Made by a program: the position numbers and the translations under genes
Part shown: positions 1-13,290 of the stretch, one piece after another
Layout of the letters: each line of letters begins with the position of its first letter
Position numbering within the stretch: position 1 is the first letter of the stretch
Assembly (NCBI RefSeq): GCF_036321535.1
Contig: NC_087436.1
Location: forward strand, 4,092,001 to 4,156,000
Direction: 5' to 3'
DNA: 64,000 nucleotides
From: Camelus dromedarius
Lineage: Eukaryota
Notes under the pieces: model-generated
Database searches by the model: none
The model's input: the letters and a program-made list of their open reading frames with translations, nothing else
Told to the model about the DNA's origin: nothing

Positions 1-229
1 GAGAATTAAAGACATGAAGCAACATTTCCTCAAAAGTCATCCATTGTGTAGTTGTTAATAAGGGTCAAATGCAGACTTGAATAGACTAAATCAAACATTC
101 ATCATCGGATTTTAAAATCCTTTAAAATAAAAATTCTTGCTGTCTTTGTTCTTCATTTCAGGGTTCACTTGGTGATAATAATAGTAACCAAAGCAATAGC
201 AAACCCTTACAGAACTCTGTCCTGCTGTT

Positions 230-520
230 CCAGGAACTCTGTGTTCACGACAACCCAATGAGGTGACACTTTACAGGAAGGACAGTCATTAATCACACAG
301 CTAGTAAATGCAGAGCTGGGACTTGAACCCAAGCTGTCTGGCCCCAGAGCCCCCTCTCAGGCCCTTCACTGCAGCTCATCACTTGGCATGCCCGACACAG
401 GCCAGCATTAAGGAGCAGCATGACCTTGGCCAAGGCTGTTTCACCGCTTGGTCTCTGTTTCCTCATCTGTAGAATGGGGGTGTGGGCAGTGAATTCTGTG
501 AGCTCAGTGGTCACTTCCTC
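230..520. mobile_element. MIR SINE remnants (others near 5.5, 24.6, 29.7, 34.7, 58.6 and 62.7 kb)
   Basis: CACACAGCTAGTAAATGCAGAGCTGGGACTTGAACCCA and TTTCCTCATCTGTAGAATGGGG MIR core motifs. Confidence 0.65.
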
Positions 521-2384
521 CAGCTCTGCTATAGTATTGCTTTAAGTTAATTTAGTAAGTATCTGAGACTCTGAATGGGCCACCCTGGCTCTTTGCTAGG
601 ACCTGGGTTATGGAGAAAAGTAAGATCAGCCTGCTTCTCCAAGGAGCCTGTGTCCCTCCACGGGAAGCAGCTGCGAGGCCCAGGCTCCCTCGCTGGCGGT
701 CGGGGGCTGGGCAGGGAAGTCTGATAGAAGATGGAGGCAGAGCCCTTCCGAGAACAGTGTTGGCCACACAGCTCTCAGGAACGGGAGCGTCTGTCCAGGC
801 TGCTGAGAGGGGGGTCCTCGTGAGGCCAGCAGCCCCCCTCCCCCAAATTAAGCCCTCAGGACAAAGATCCAGCCATCCCTGCAGTGTCACCATAGAGCCA
901 GTCCATCCTCATCACTGTGCCCCTGTGCTCCTTTGTCCTGGGGCCTCTCTTCCCCCTACACCCAGAATACTCTTCTCCCTCTCTTCTCTGAGTGTCCCCT
1001 CACTTCACCCGTGGTCCCTGCTTCCTGGGCCACCATCACTGGAGTTGACGCTTTGCACCTTCACACCCCCCGTTTGATCAGGAGCCTGGGTTGGCCTCCT
1101 TGTGCTCACTTTCCACCTTCAGATGATTGCTCCTCCTCTCTTGGGAGCACCTGGAAAACCCAGATCCATTCCTAGCAGTGCCTGCCACCCTGGCCTCCCT
1201 GCTCATCTGCCACAGTCAGGAGCACCTGGACCACCAGCTCTGTATTGCCTCGCCTCCTACCATTAAGACGTCAAAGTTGATTCTCCCTCCACCACCCAGT
1301 ATGTTCATTTTAGGGTCTTCTTCCCTGTCTGCCTGAGCCAGCCACCCCCCATTCACCCTACCCCCGGGCTCATACCCGGGCGTGTCTCCACCCCAGGTCC
1401 AGCCTCTCTCCTTTAAGTGCCCACCTCTAGCCATCCAGCTGCTTCTCCACCAGCCTCCTTGGCCCTCATTCACCCTCACTAAGGCATCATGCACTGACTC
1501 CTCTGCTTTCCTGCCTGTCCACGTTCCTCTTACTTCCACTTCCCCACCTTCCAGCTCTGCATCCACAGTCAGCACTCTCTTTATGACAAACAAAACCCCC
1601 TTGAGCCTTGACCTTTTCAGTTCCTCACCAGGCCAACTTCCATCTCGGTTCACCCAGCTCTATTTGTTCTGAGCCTGCAGGCAGCAGGCTCTCCCAGCAC
1701 AGGTTTCTAAGACTACAAATCAATGCCCACCGTGTTGCCACTGCCAGGCAATCCTCCAGGATTTCTCTAGTGAGCACATTTCCCCACTTATCACTCAGTG
1801 GTGTCAACATTCTCTGCTCTCTGCACACCTCTAACCTTCCCTCTGTCTCTTCCCTGACTCCCAGCAGATGGCCTTGCCTCCTGCTTCAGAGAGAATGACA
1901 TGTCACTGGAAAGGAACTCGCTCACCTGCAGCAAATCTGCTCACCTCACCTTTTATCTGTCCCTCTCCCACCTGGACTCTAGCTGTAGTTGTTCTTAATT
2001 CAGTGAGTTTAGTTGACATATATATACACAGTTAAAAGCATAGCACACTATTGCCTACCTTCTAGGGCTTATTGTTTCAATTTAACATAGAGTGTGTGAT
2101 TCATCCACTTCGCTGCATGTACCTGCAGTTCATTTGTTTTAACTGATCTTAAGTGTTGTATGTGTGAAAGTAACACAAGGCAAGGGTAATCCAGGATTCA
2201 GGATGCTGGTTACTTCCTGTGAGAAGAGGCCAAGTGCAGGATAGGACACAGTATGTCACTGTCAATAGTCCTGTTCTGATGCTGGGTGATAGGTTCACAA
2301 CTGTTTCTTATAATATTAATTTTAATACATAAATACTTCTCAAAGGCACCTAAGGTGAGACTGTGTCATGAACCAAGACATACA

Positions 2385-2690
2385 ATGGGTAATATTACAT
2401 CATTATTGTTATGTAATCTTGTTATAAAATATATTAATCATAATCCTACATTGTTATGTATTATATATTATATAGATGCATGAATTATATATTATGTATA
2501 TAAATACCTACATATGTATTATATACTGATAATAAATAAACAAAACATAATATGGTAGTATATCTACTATTATGTATTATTTAATAAATAATAACATGCT
2601 ATATCCTGTTATATGACATGGCACCTAATCTTTAATCAAATAAATATATGCCACAAATCAAGTAAATGGTAATTAATAAAATTAAATGAA
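2385..2690. repeat. AT-rich low-complexity tract
   Basis: Repeated ATTGTTATGTA/TATATTA motifs, very low GC. Confidence 0.7.
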
Positions 2691-5055
2691 AAGGCCCACA
2701 GCTTTTAACGCCGACACCGCTCCAGCTGTCACTGTGATTTCTCTTCCCTTTCATGGCCGAGGCCCTCACAGTGCTGTCCGTTCCCCCTTTCATCTCCTTA
2801 TCCTGAACCTTCCTCCTCCTCCCATCCCATGCTGCCTTCTGCCCCGTGGCCCCTCTAGTCACCAGCGGCCTCTGGGGCACTGACCTGCGGGCACGGTCTC
2901 AGGCCCCAGCTCACCTGCCTGTCCGCCGCCTCTGCCACCGCTGGTGGGGGCGGGGCGGGGGTCAGAGTGCACCCCTTGTCCTGGAAGAGAACACAGCACA
3001 GACTGTGACCAGCAGCAGGTGTGGCCGGGAACTGCAGGACTTGGGGGAGAGCCAGACTGTCTGCATCCAGACCTGGGGCACTTGGAGTGTGAAGAAGCCC
3101 CGTCCTCACTGCCCCTGAAGTGAGGAAAACACCCTCAGGTGAGTTAAAGTGCTTATGACCTAGGTCTGTTGGCTGGAAAGGACAAACGGGCCCCTAAGGG
3201 GAGGGTAGATGATGTTCCAGGCCCCACCAAAGCCCTAAGGGCTGGCGGGGAACCAGGCTGGACGCTCCACTGGACCCGGTGCCCCCACAGGGCTGGGGCC
3301 TTCGGGAACAAGCAGAAAGCCCTCTGTCTCTGGGGGGAACGGGGCAGTGTGGGAGCATCCCTGCAGTGAGTCAAGTGACGTCAGGGCTTGTGGGATCCGT
3401 TTTTATGGCCACACCGAGCCTCCGCAGAAGCCACGGCAGGAGTGGATTCCTGTCTCTCCAGGTGCCATCTTGTCTGAGTTCCAGGATTCAGACCCGATCC
3501 CCTGGGGTGCTAGGACAGTTATACACAGAGGCGGCTCGGGGAGGCCTCAAGAGGGTGGTAATGGCCTTCCTGCCAACACGATTACACAAAGATCAATCAA
3601 TCGATGGGAAGTAAATAAGAACCATGGTCACATCTGGACCCCAAGCTTAGATGTGGTATATGGGTGACATTTATCGACAATCCGGCGAGGTTCTGGTCAG
3701 AGCTAGAGGCCAGGGCAACAAGATGGGAGTGGCACTAAGGAGCACTGTGGTGCAGAGGCTAGACTGGGGGTCTGCAGGTTCCTCCCAGGAGGAGCCTCAG
3801 AGTTTTGGAGGTGGCTAATGTGCCTGCTTCGTGTCACCAGCAAGTGATGCCACCTGCGGAAAATCAGCTATAATCCTGAGCCGGGTCAGCCCTGGGTGAT
3901 GTGATAAAGGCTCCTACAAGAGGGAGCACCAGGCGGATAGTGAACCAACCAACAGGCTGATGCGTTTCTGGCCTGTGTTTATCATGCTTTCATAGCCAAG
4001 AATGAGGAGAGAGTTGAATGGCTCACCATGAAGATTTTAACAACTTAAGAGGGTTCCGTGTCTCACTGCATTTCAGTGTCACCTGGAGGAATTCAGGAGG
4101 TGTTTAGACCCAGTGGAGACTAACGGCATCTTAGTTCCTCATCAATCTGGCAAACCCACCAGCCCTCTATGGCCAGACCTTGTCAAGTGCCTTCCCTTGT
4201 AACAAAACCCTTTCCACCCACGCCTGTGGTATGCTTTTATTTTTTTTAATTAATGGGAATGAAGATACCTTACAGCCTCCTCAGACCTTTCCTTGGGGCT
4301 TCTGCCCTTAGACCCCGGCAAGTGGGCCCTCTGCCCTGGGTCCTGCACTACAGAGGGTCCCTCTGGCCCTGACACTCTGGCCACGCCCTCCATGGGGTGG
4401 AGTCAGCAGGGCCAAGGGGACACGGTCATTGGCTCCGCCCCGTGCTCTAGAAACCCAGGACCCCAAATGCCCTGTCTCAGCAGCCCCTGACCCATTTCTA
4501 GTGCCTGCATCAGCTCTCCCTGGAGTTCAGATTCCTAGGACTCATAGAGAGGCCAAAGCATAGCTGTTTGCATGAAGGGTATGAGCAGAGCCCGGACATG
4601 AGGTCTGAGTGTCCCCCTGTGCACATCCAAGGCCCCTTGTGGCAAGGGATGGACCCAGCATTGGGAAGAAAAGGATCAGGCTAGTGATCAGAGACTGGGA
4701 ATCAGCTCTCCCCACATGCTCACTTTCTTTGCCGGACTCCCCTGTGTCTGGGAATTCTAAATTTGAACCTGGCCTTCCCCCTTATAATGAATATATATTT
4801 GTAAAGGCAGGAGTTTAGACCCTACTACACTTAACATGTTTACATGTATAGGATGTGAGCTCCCAGGTATGCTCCGGCCCTGCACTTCCAAAGGTGCAGA
4901 GCAGTTATGTTGGCTCTACTGAGACTGTAAGTGGTAAAGACCATCTCCAGAGAGGAGGGGTTCCTGCTTCACCCTCCAAAGTCAGGATCTTCTGAGTGGA
5001 TAAAGCAATGGACACTGTGACCCTCAATTGTAAATTGATTTAGAATAACGCCAAA

Positions 5056-5110
5056 GTGTGTAAGACGTGTGTGGACGCATGCACGCACCTGGGGATGTGT
5101 GTGGTACATG

Positions 5111-5159
<49 letters not shown>

Positions 5160-5345
5160 ATGCTCATGCCTGGGGATGTATGTGGTTCTGTATGTTATGT
5201 ATGTGTGTGTGCCTGAGGACCTGTGTGGTTGTGTGTATGTTATGAGTGTGTGTGTGTTACATGACTCCATGTGTGTGTGCCCGTGGGGATGTATGTGGAG
5301 CAGAGCCAGTGTGTCTGCACATGTGTTTGTGTGTACATGCATGTA
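5056..5345. repeat. (TG)n microsatellite with degenerate TG-rich flanks
   Basis: Pure TG run ~5113-5158. Confidence 0.95.
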
Positions 5346-6350
5346 TTAGTTTTAATAGTAGAAGCTGTCCTTTAGAATTATGAAGTAGTAAAAATTGTAC
5401 GATGTCCTTTGCTGTGTAATTCAAAATTAAAATAATCTTCAATCACCAGAAATTTAGTCCCCCTCAGATTCTGATTTTTTTTTCCATATTGATTATGTCT
5501 TCATTTTACTGATGAGGAAACTGTAGCTTAGAGATGTTAACTGACTCAACCAAGAACATGGAGCTAGCGAGCCCAGGACCAGGACGCAGTCCAAGCCGCG
5601 CTGCTCCAGAGGCCTGGAGCCCTGCTCACGATCACACGTGGCCTCTTGGCCGGGGAACAGATTCTGATGGGCTGTGCCCAGCGTGCAGGCTGCCCAAGCC
5701 GGGGACTCGGGAAGCCGGGCGGAGAGTACCAGACAGCAGACAAGAGTGAAGGGCTGCTCAGAAGTCAGATAGGTTCCTAGGTCTTGGATGAGGAAGGAGG
5801 CTCACTGATAATCCTTGATCCCTTTGCTGGTGGCTAAAAGGGACCAAGGCCCACGAGAGCACTTCTGGGAGCTGCCTGCCAAAACCTGGAAAAGGACTGC
5901 TCAGGACTGGCTCTGCAGTAGGAGCAGGGGAAGGAAATGTCGCTTCCTGGTGGACATCCTTGGTGATGGCTGTAGGAGGCCTAGCAGCCTTGGCATAGAG
6001 GTGGCAGGACAAGGTCCTAGTGGATGATCGTTTTCAAGGGTCTTAAAAATCATTGCTTCATATATTTTATCCATTTTGTGGTTTATTGTAGGGTGGCAAA
6101 TATGGTCAATGTTACTCCATATTACCTGGATTAATTAATTTTTTTATTGTTAATTTTCTCTTCAGTGATTTGGAAGCTATATTACCTCTTAATGAAAATT
6201 CTCTCTAAATTTTTAAAAATCATCTCTAAGTTCATAACTTGATATGCAATTGGACCAGTATTCCTATAAGAGTCTCAAAAATGAAATAATCTATTAGATC
6301 CTGTTCCTCAATAATGAAAAATTTAGCATATTTTACCTCTCTGCTGTTCC

Positions 6351-6354
<4 letters not shown>

Positions 6355-6402
<48 letters not shown>

Positions 6403-6406
6403 TGTG
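6355..6406. repeat. (TG)n microsatellite
   Basis: Direct observation. Confidence 0.95.
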
Positions 6407-7539
6407 CTCCAGTTACTTTTTAGACAGTTGCTTTAAGTTTGTTACATTAACAAAGAAAATATAGGTATAAACATCTTGGATTTCATTGCTCACTACCACT
6501 ATTTAATCCCATGTGTTTCCCACTTCTGAGTTATTTACTTATCGGGATTTCCCAATCAACTGGACACATGATTAATTTTTTTCAAGCGGTTGACTTGGAA
6601 CACTTACATATCTATATGCAGATTTATGTTCTCCTCATCAACAACTCTCAGTGTGTTGTTCATAGCCCAAACCTTATTTTAAATTAAGGCATTGTCTTTC
6701 ATCACCAAAAAAAAAATTCTTAATTTAAGGTGCTGTCTTTTTATGGCTGGCTAGTCTTGTATGCTGAATGGATATTAAAAGAGATTTCCTTAACCTCCAT
6801 CCTTCTTTTTGCCATAACTCGAATTCATTGAGAAGCATGTTTTTACCATTTATCAGATGGGCTTCCACTTTGACTTCTGCTTTAAACCATCACCCCACTC
6901 TTTTTCTCCATGCTTATTCCTGAAAAAGTGAGCTCTCTATCGGTTTAAAGGTGGTTCCTGTTAAAGATGTGTGACTCCCTGTCCAAAGGTCCAAAGGAAG
7001 AGAAAAGGAAAGATTCCTGTTTCTGGTGGTTACATTTTGTCAGGTTAGAGATCTAGTTATCCCTGTGGCTGCGGTGGAATCTGCAATATCTTGGCACAGA
7101 GTTTCCTTTTTCTGGCTTACTAGGGGAGCCGCATTAGCTGGGGTCACAGCGCTGTGGCCGTTGTCAGGATCCCGGGGCTGAGGCAGCCCCTCTCCCTCCT
7201 TGTTATTTTGATCTTGCAAACTGGGTCCCAGCTATGTGAACCCTGCACCTGGCGGCCAGGATCGCCCCCCATGCACCGTGTCCCCAGTTCCTTGGCGTCC
7301 CTCACTGCTATCAGCTAGTTCCAGTAAGAGTACGAGATGGCTTCCACTGCGGTCCTTCCTCCTTCCTCTCCAGGCAGGCCCTCCTTTCCCACTAGTTGGC
7401 CCTAAGCCTTCTCTCCTGCGCTACATACGCTGACGGAATTCCTCAGGGTTTCCAACAGGTAGATGGCGCTCTTCTATGTTTGGACCCCTTCAGTGCTTGC
7501 AGTGGAAATTTAGGAGGTGGGAAGGAGGAGCTTGGGGGT

Positions 7540-7997
7540 TCTCCGTATCTAGGGGCTCTCTATCCAGCAGATTCAACTAACTGTAGATTGAAAATACTCG
7601 GGAAAAAACACAAAGTTTCAAAAAGCAACACTTGAATTTGCCATACACTGGCAACTTCTTACATAGCATTCATGTTGTATTAGATACCAGAAGTAACCTG
7701 GAGATAATTTAAAGTACACAGGAGGACACAGCAAAAGAGAAACTGACAACAAATATACGTGTATATTCATGTATAACTGAAAACTTGTGCTGTATGCTGG
7801 AATTTGATACAACGTTGTAAAATGACTATATCTCAATAAAAAAAGTTTGTATATATAAAAAAAAAGTAGATGGGAGGATGTACATGAGTCCCATGCAAGT
7901 CCTATGTCATTTTATACAAGACATGTCAGCATCCATGGATGTTGACGTCTGGGGGGAGTCCTGGAACCAGTGCCCCATGGTTACCAAGGAATGACTG
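7540..7997 (-). mobile_element. MER2/Tigger DNA transposon interrupted by a short L1 3' tail (~7730-7865)
   Basis: GGGGAGTCCTGGAACCAGTGCCCCATGG...GACTG terminus; the inserted L1 tail ends in AATAAA + A-run with degenerate flanking repeats AAAGTA..GGAGGA. Confidence 0.65.
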
Positions 7998-8204
7998 GAG
8001 GCCCAGGCTCCTTATCCCAGCCTGTCAGGTCCCCATGTGGTCTGAATCCTACCTGTACCACACTTCCCTTGTCACTCTCCTCCAGCCCTGGCAGACTGCC
8101 CTCTGATTCTTGAACAGGCCACACCCACTGCGCTTCATGTCCAGCCCCTAGAAATACCCATTACTTTCTGAGAATGGCTCTGCTTTCACAAAATGGGCTG
8201 CATT

Positions 8205-8850
8205 GTCACTAGAGAAGACAGTGTGGAGGTTCCTTTAAAAACTGAAAATGGACTTAACTCATGATCCAGCCTTCCCACTCCTGGACATATGTCAGAAGAA
8301 AACTCTAATTCAAAAAGTCACATGCACCTCAATGCTCACAGCAGCACTATTTGTAATAGCCAGGACATGGCAACAACCCAAATGTCCATCAGCAGCTGAC
8401 TGGATAAAGAAGTAGTAGTATATTTATACAATGGAATACTACTCAGCCATGAAAAAACAAAACAATGTCACTTGCAGTAACATAGAAGGACGTAGAGATA
8501 GTCATTCTAAGTGAAGTAAGCCAGAAAAAGAGAAAAATGCCATATGATTTCACTTATATGTGGAATCTAAAAAAAGACACAAATGAACTTAACTACAAAA
8601 GAGAAACAGACCCACAGACATAGAGAAACAAACTTACGGTTCCCAGGGAGAGAAGGGGATGGGAAGGGATAAAAATGGGGATTCAAAAAGTGCCCCTCTT
8701 GGGGAGTGATGGAAATGTTAGCTATCTTGATCGTGGTGATGGTTTTCTGGGTGTAGACATTTATCAAATTCATCAAATAGAACATGTGAAATATGTGTAT
8801 TTTACTGTACAGGAATCATACCACAATAAACGTGCCTGTAAAAAAACAAG
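8205..8850 (+). mobile_element. LINE-1 3' fragment joined to an older L1MC/ME-like 3' end
   Basis: CAGCAGCACTATTTGTAATAGCC...ATGGAATACTACTCAGCCAT...CACTTATATGTGGAATCT, followed by GGTGATGG/AAATATGTG-type L1M tail with AATAAA. Confidence 0.8.
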
Positions 8851-10960
8851 AAAAGATTGGCTGCATTTTGTCCTATGTTTTTATGTGTCTTCAGTGAGTG
8901 GGTCTTCAAGTTTCTGGTCTGCCATATTTTCTGAACCAGAAGTGCCCTGCTTCCCTTTTCTTTGTTAAACTGTCAGTGGGTGGCATTTATTCCCGTGGCT
9001 TCAACTGCTCTCTGTCCACTGATTAACTGTCAAATCTTTTCCAGCATGGACATCTCAGTTCAGTCCCAGAAATATAATTGACAAGTAGACATTCCCATTT
9101 TATTAGCCCATAAAAATCTCAAGCTCTGTATGTTTGGATTTACACTCGCTCAGAACTAGGTTTACTTCTTCAAACAATGGCATCACTATCCCATCTGTTT
9201 TCCGTGCCATACATCTGGGGGTTTTCCTTTCCTTTTCCACTCCCTCACCCCCGTCAGTACTACAATTCTGTTCCTTAATGTCCCCCAACTAAGTCCCTGC
9301 CCCTCGCTCCCCACTGCATTAATTCCCACCCCTTGCTAGTCTCCCCAGTGCTGTTCTTTAGAGTGAACAATCCACTTTGCTTACTTTTAATGACTAATCT
9401 GTGTCACTCTCCACCTTAAAACCCCAAAGAATTCCCCACTGCGTATGTGAGGAAGTCCACGCTCCCTGATTTAACGTCACACCTTCTCATAACCTAGTTG
9501 CTGCTTTTTTCAGCCTCAGCTTCCGTTAGTTCCCCACAGCCTCTAGCCTCACTGACCTTCCTTCCCTAAGTGCAAAGTGCTCTTAGACACGACCAGACCT
9601 CTGCACGAGACACGCAAGCTGCCGAGAATCCCGTCCCCACCACGCACTCTCCTGGTCTAGAGATTTGCTGGAATCCTTCAGATGTCAGTGCAGAAAGCAT
9701 TTCCTCTCTGACACCTTCCCTATCTTCTAGAACCCTGCCCCAGGCAGTGTAAGGGCCCCTCTGAACATACAGTATACATGATGCCAAGGGACTCTTACCA
9801 CATTGTTTTGAAAACCTATTTAAATTTGTCTCTTCCACGACACACTGTGATCTCCTTGAGGGATGGGGGCTGTGTGGTATTTGTCTAGACAGCTGATGTC
9901 TGGCACAGACCCCAGGCCATCGGAAACAGTCTGCTGACTCATCAAGAATTGTCGTCTTTGCGACGTAAGAAAGACTACATGATCTCTGATTTTACACCAT
10001 CCGGCAAGGGTCAAAATAATTTCACATAGAACTACACAGGCAAAATATGTGTATTCTTTTCCTCTTTGTGAGCCCAAGATCATAGGCATCCTGGAACGTA
10101 GGTGTCACTCTAAGCTGTCTGTCCCCTAGGCTGGCACGTCCAGCTTCAACGTATTTTTTAGAAGTTGTAGGGATACATGTACATCACCCCGTCTTAGAGC
10201 AAATGGCGCTTCAGCCTGACCAAGTTTAATGTCCATATAAAAATCAGAAATCTTCCAAACTGAAGCCTGAAGAAACATTTCCCGTCTCTCCTTCCAGTCT
10301 GTCTGCCATCTGCATCCCACATCCCCACTGCTCATCTGCGTCAGGCCACCTTCTATCTGGAAACATTTTCGGTGGGACACTTGGATGAGAACTAATTACA
10401 GCAGTTATGAAAATGGTCCCATGAACGTACACTCTGCACAACAAGGATGCTTTGACCGGAGGCTTTAGCCGTGGCCTTCAAGGTCTGTTCACGTGTTATG
10501 CCTGGTTTCCCTGCAGACGTTCTGCAGAAAATCAAGCCTGCAGTTAAAGTCATAGAAGGCCCAAGAAATCCAGCAAAGTGGAGTGAATTTCATCTCCTTG
10601 GGAACATTTTTGAAAACCATTCACTAATAGGAAGAAGAGCTTTAAGAGGTTCGTTTCAGAGCAGATGATGTCCAACTGCAGGTGGGTCAGTTTTGTCACT
10701 GTTGCCCGCTAGTTGGCTTTCTGCTGCTTCTAACACACCGCTGTTTAGAGAAGTGGCCTGAGTCAACCCTCAGAGCAGAAAGGTGAGCTGGGCCTGGAGA
10801 GAGCCAAGCTCCTCTGCTGTGTAGTAACCCTCTGAGAAAGAAGGGATGGCCCAAGGCTTCCTCTGACTCTCTCCCTCAGTTATAAACTCTATGAAGGGAA
10901 AATGGAACAAAAAATCTTAATTCAATGTGGTATTGTCAAAGTATAAAAATTATTGTCTTT

Positions 10961-11130
10961 GGAGGGGATGGTATAGTTCAAGGGGTAGAGTACGTGCTGG
11001 GTTCAATTCGCAGTACCTCAATGTAAAAAAATAATAAGAAAAATTCTTTAAAAAAAAGAAAAAGAACAAAGAAGAAAAGAGATCTAAAACAATCCAAGTT
11101 TAAAAAGAAAAAAAAGTATTTTAAAAATAG
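10961..11130 (+). mobile_element. tRNA-derived SINE (Vic-1-like), internally deleted
   Basis: GGTATAGTTCAAGGGGTAGAG...GGGTTCAATTC A/B boxes and long A-rich tail; ~18 nt of the core missing relative to other copies in the window. Confidence 0.7.
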
Positions 11131-12689
11131 TAATCAGCTCGGTCTTTTGCTAGATTAGGAGTTTGGGATTAACAGGTACACACTACTATGTATAAAATAA
11201 ATAACCAACTCCCAGGTCCTTAATAACCTAGTTCAACCTGAATCCTTTCTCTTTTTTCCCATAAGCAACCCGTGGAAGCATCTGAAATTCTCATCTTATA
11301 AAAGAATTCATTTAAAGGCGGTTTGAAAGTTACTGGTTAAAAGAGTTATTTGTGGTTCCATGAATATAGGTCTAGTAAGAATGACAGACAATAAAGCAGT
11401 AAGCAAATAAATATATGACGTACTGCCAGGTACTAATAATTGCCAGAAAGAAACATAAAGCATATTAGGAGAGAAAATGATTGAATAGGAAATATGTGCA
11501 TGCTATTTTAAATAATGTGGTCAGATAAGTCCTCTCTGAGGGTAAAATAATTTGAACAAAGTCCTGAATGAAGCAAAAGAATAAGCCACGTAGGTAACAG
11601 ACAAGAAAAGCCTCCCAGGCCGGGAGAAGTGTAAGTAGGAGACTTGGAGTTACAAACACTGCTGTCCTGGTGGGGACCATCTGGGCGGGGAAGATGGGCT
11701 GGAGCAGAACGGTGAGAACTGAGGCTGCAGAGATGGGTGAGGGACCGGATCACACAGGGCCTTGGTAGGGACTCTGGATATCCTTCTGAATACAATGGAA
11801 AATCACGAGAGTATTTTGCAAAGCGGAACAACTTGATCCGATTCATACTTTAATAAGAACTTTGTGGGTAACATATGGGGAATAAGCAATGGAAGCAGGG
11901 CAAAGTAAGCTGATGGGAAGCCAATGGGAAGAGTGCTGCCTACCTGGAGAGAGACACCGAGGTTGGGCTGGGATGATGGCGGGAGACGGGCTGACAGGGG
12001 GACACGATTTGACAGTAACGGTCACAGGCCTTAATGCTCAAGTTGGACACAGACACAGAGTGGTTCAGGGTGATGGGTATGTGATATTTGGTGCTGAGTC
12101 GCAGTTTTTGTGCAGAGACCTGACAGGAGAATAAAGGGGACGTTGACGTCAGTAAGAAGGGTTGGTGGGTGTTGACTTCCCCCTAGAGCCGCGTCTCTGT
12201 TTCTCTGTAGATGAAGTCAGCAGAGCAGGGATGGGTGTTCCTACTTCTGCAGAGAATTGCGTGTCCTCCTCATCGACAAATTCGAGAGGCCGACCTGCCC
12301 ATCCAATTGCAACATCTTGAATCTGCTTCTTTCTATCCAGGAGGAGATTTCCAACTAAGATGTCAATCAAAAATTCCCGTGTCCAGAGTTAGAGCTGTGT
12401 GCCTTTGGGATGATCTCAGAGATGCCTCCACAGAGGCTCGGTGTGCTCTCTCTCCCTCAGAGCACACAGTTCCCTTTAGTCCAGTGGGTCTCAGCAGAGA
12501 ATATTTCACAAATAGCCCCTCTCAGGCCCTGGGGACCAACCTCCCGCTTGGCCGAGCTCTGAAAATGAGCACGAGTTCCGGGCAAAGGGCCTTCTCCAGG
12601 GCGCCATCTGGCAGATTACATGAGGACAGTGTACAAAAGAGTGGGAGGGTTGATGGTATAAATGGATTTTAATTTTTGCTCTGCGTCTG

Positions 12690-13290
12690 ATTCTGCCCTT
12701 CCGTTTTGTTAAGGAAGTGTTCTTAGGCCAGACATGGTTCTCCTTTTTTCTTTCTAATTGATCATCCAAGAGGTTTAGATAGGGTATTTCTTTTAGGGTA
12801 AGAATCTTTACAAAAAAAACTTGCAAATAGCGTCTTGTTAGGCATTTGGACAAGACAACCAGTAAATTCTCCCAGCAGTATTGAACTCCCTTGTTCCTCC
12901 AGGGGGTATCCAAAGGTATACATGTTCCAAATCTGACCCAAAACCAATGAGTCTTTTCTTTTTTTTAAGCACCTCACCATGGACAAAAGATGTCACTAAA
13001 GAAGCTGAGAAAAGAGAAGGTCCCCATCATCCAGAGTCCCTCCCAAAGAGCCCACAGAAGTAAAGAGGAGATGAACGAGAGAAACTGTTTATTTATACAC
13101 ACGCAGGAGCCAACCAGAAAAATAACTACCATGTTAAATGGTGAAAGTTAAAGGATTTTTTTTATCAACCTAACTTAATAGGGCAAAGGGAGAGGAGAGA
13201 AATGGCTTCCATGACAGGTTTTCTTCTACATCTATTGAATCTCAGGTATCTTCAGCTTAAAGTGCTTTTGTATTAACCGTGGGTTCCATC
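12690..13290. mobile_element. Old ERV LTR-like fragments
   Basis: Terminal segment TTCTACATCTATTGAATCTCAGGTATCTTCAGCTTAAA resembles MER4-group LTR ends. Confidence 0.35.

Noticed and set aside
5040..5349. ORFs with CV/HT repeats (also YI repeats at 31457-31687)
   Set aside because: Translation artefacts of dinucleotide microsatellites.
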